A stretch of DNA of 64,000 bases from NCBI RefSeq assembly GCF_009914755.1, contig NC_060928.1; one strand, given 5' to 3'. Position 1 is the first letter of the stretch. Each line of letters begins with the position of its first letter. Position numbers and translations under genes: made by a program. Below, piece by piece: positions 61,784 through 64,000 of the stretch. Source of the stretch: the human T2T-CHM13v2.0 reference genome, Homo sapiens. The notes below the pieces were generated by a model. It saw only the letters and a list, made by a program, of their open reading frames with translations, searched no databases and was not told the origin of the DNA.

Positions 61784-63686
61784 CTACTTCTATACAATAG
61801 GATTTATTCTTACCGTGTTTTCTAATGTATTTTGTGCCATTTCCTGCTGTTCTAAGACACAAAAGTAAAAAAATATATATTTTCATATAATATTTACATG
61901 TATATAATGTTTACATATATATTTGTACTTGATGTCTGGGTCCAGAGTTACATCTGAAGTTTTTCTTATGTTAACCATTATAATTGGCGTCCTACTGCTG
62001 TCAGATTTACTCTAACAAATAGATTACTGTTTATTATATTGAAGGAAGGGTGTATTGAACGATGGCTAGCTTTTGAAATGAAAATCTCAAGAGACAGTGA
62101 CCCAATTTATTATGGGATTTGATATGTTTGATGGAGGGGATAGAAAACATTTTTAGCCAGCATCATGATTTCTAATTTTTGTTTGGGTCTTAGAGAAGAG
62201 GGAAGACTTCACCTTCCAGATCCCCTATGTACCAATTCCAGATGTTGGAAACAGACGTTTGGGAGATCTTTGGAGTCCTGTGTGGACTTGTGACCTCCTA
62301 TCCTAAGTCCAGTCACAATTTTTTTTTTTAGCATTCTTGAATTGTACAGTGAGAAACGAGTTGTTTTGGTCAAATGTTCCTCCTTTTTGCCATGGTGTAC
62401 TCTGGGCATATCCCTAACTTTGCATTGGCTGTAAGGTTCTTCATTTCAGCTTTGTAGATGAGAGTGCAGTGCTTAGTTTCAAATTCTGGCTCTGCTACTT
62501 TCTAGCTGTGTGAGCCTGGGTGAATTACTCATCTTTCTGACTTTTAGTTTTCTAATGTGTAAAATGAGAATAATAAAGTGCCCAATTCACAGTGTGGTTG
62601 TAAGGATGAAATAAGATATATGATGGCTCAGCATAATAGTATGTGGTAAGCACTAAGTCAATGACATCTATTATTACCTCTATACTTGTGCTACTCAGGA
62701 TGCGTGTCTTACTTGCAAAGAGCTTGGCTGCAGCCCTCTGAGACTGTTAAACTGAACTAATTGATCAGAGTTTGGTCACCTAGTGCCCACATTATATAGA
62801 GCCAAGGAACCGGTTAGTTTTGGACATGTTGGCGGATCACTTAAATTCATGCTACTGGCCTTGAAGGCCCTCGAACAAGAGCATTTTCTTGGTTCATTGC
62901 AAACCTATCACTAGTGTTAGAAAAATAACCTACGCACGTGTGTGTTAGAGGCATCACCTCTGTGGAGGAAGCATCATTATAGTTACTTATTGACTTCTTG
63001 CTGTGCAATATTTTAAATAATGCTTTAATAATGTTTTAGTCAAAATGAAAATATCTTTAAGAGAGCTCAAGCACACACTGAATTGCTAAAAAGTTATATG
63101 ACAAAAGAAAGAGTGCTGTAATGACATTTTTATGAGTCAATCTTTATTGAATGTCAATAAAATTCTGCACTATTCTAGTTGAATAGGAAGAGACTAGTTC
63201 ATAAGAAGCCCATTACCCTAAGCTAGGTGTTAATAATCTCTTTGTCTGTGTTAATATTACAATATGCTGCATAATGCCAGGCTTGGAATACAAAAGTTCA
63301 GGGTTATGTAAGTGTTCTGGCATGCACAACTCTTTGAGCAAGACACTTGGAATTCTAGCTTGTCCAGCAGTTTAACTAGGCTGCGCAAACAATAGGGGCA
63401 AGAATGTAGCAAAATGCCCCTATTTCAACTATTCTTAATATAGCTGTCTTTTGATGGCTTTCTCACAAATTGTTCAGTCCTGAGAGTCCCATATTTTTTT
63501 CCTATCAATAGTTTACCATCTTTACACTTAGCAAGGAAACTTGTTAACTGTCTTAAGAGGTGGTGACATTCATTATTTTTCAATTTATCTGAAGAAAACT
63601 ACCCTTTTCTCTCACTAGCTTTTATATCAAATTTAGTCCTTAAGCCGTTATATATAGTATATAGGTACTTTTGGGACACTAAATAG

Positions 63687-64000
<314 letters not shown>

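Overview
Primate (most likely human, 4q25) genomic DNA. The window contains one complete protein-coding gene on the minus strand, ETNPPL (AGXT2L1, ethanolamine-phosphate phospho-lyase, a PLP-dependent class-III aminotransferase-fold enzyme). I reconstructed all 13 coding exons by hand (31849 to 11478; 1500 nt = 499 aa + TGA). All introns are GT-AG and phases are consistent. The gene has a CpG-island promoter at about 31.4-32.2 kb and poly(A) signals near 11.05-11.33 kb. About 23-27 kb upstream lies a 5'-truncated, disabled processed pseudogene of RCC2 (about 55111-58763, minus strand) that keeps most of its 3'UTR and sits inside an old L1. The rest is repeat-dense: more than 50 Alu copies or monomers, L1 fragments, ERVL internal remnants, several LTRs (LTR16-, MLT2A-, MER34/39-, MLT1-, LTR8-like), DNA-transposon relics and microsatellites. 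Most ORFs in the supplied track are Alu-derived or chance ORFs. I found no convincing new multi-gene system. The best leads are local: a GC-rich orphan segment fused to an Alu between shared direct repeats, alternative splice sites that would yield altered or inactive ETNPPL, a bipartite-NLS-like C-terminus, an antisense MLT2A LTR in intron 7, and several palindromic or template-switch scars. Repeat subfamily names are from recalled consensus sequences and repeat boundaries are approximate.
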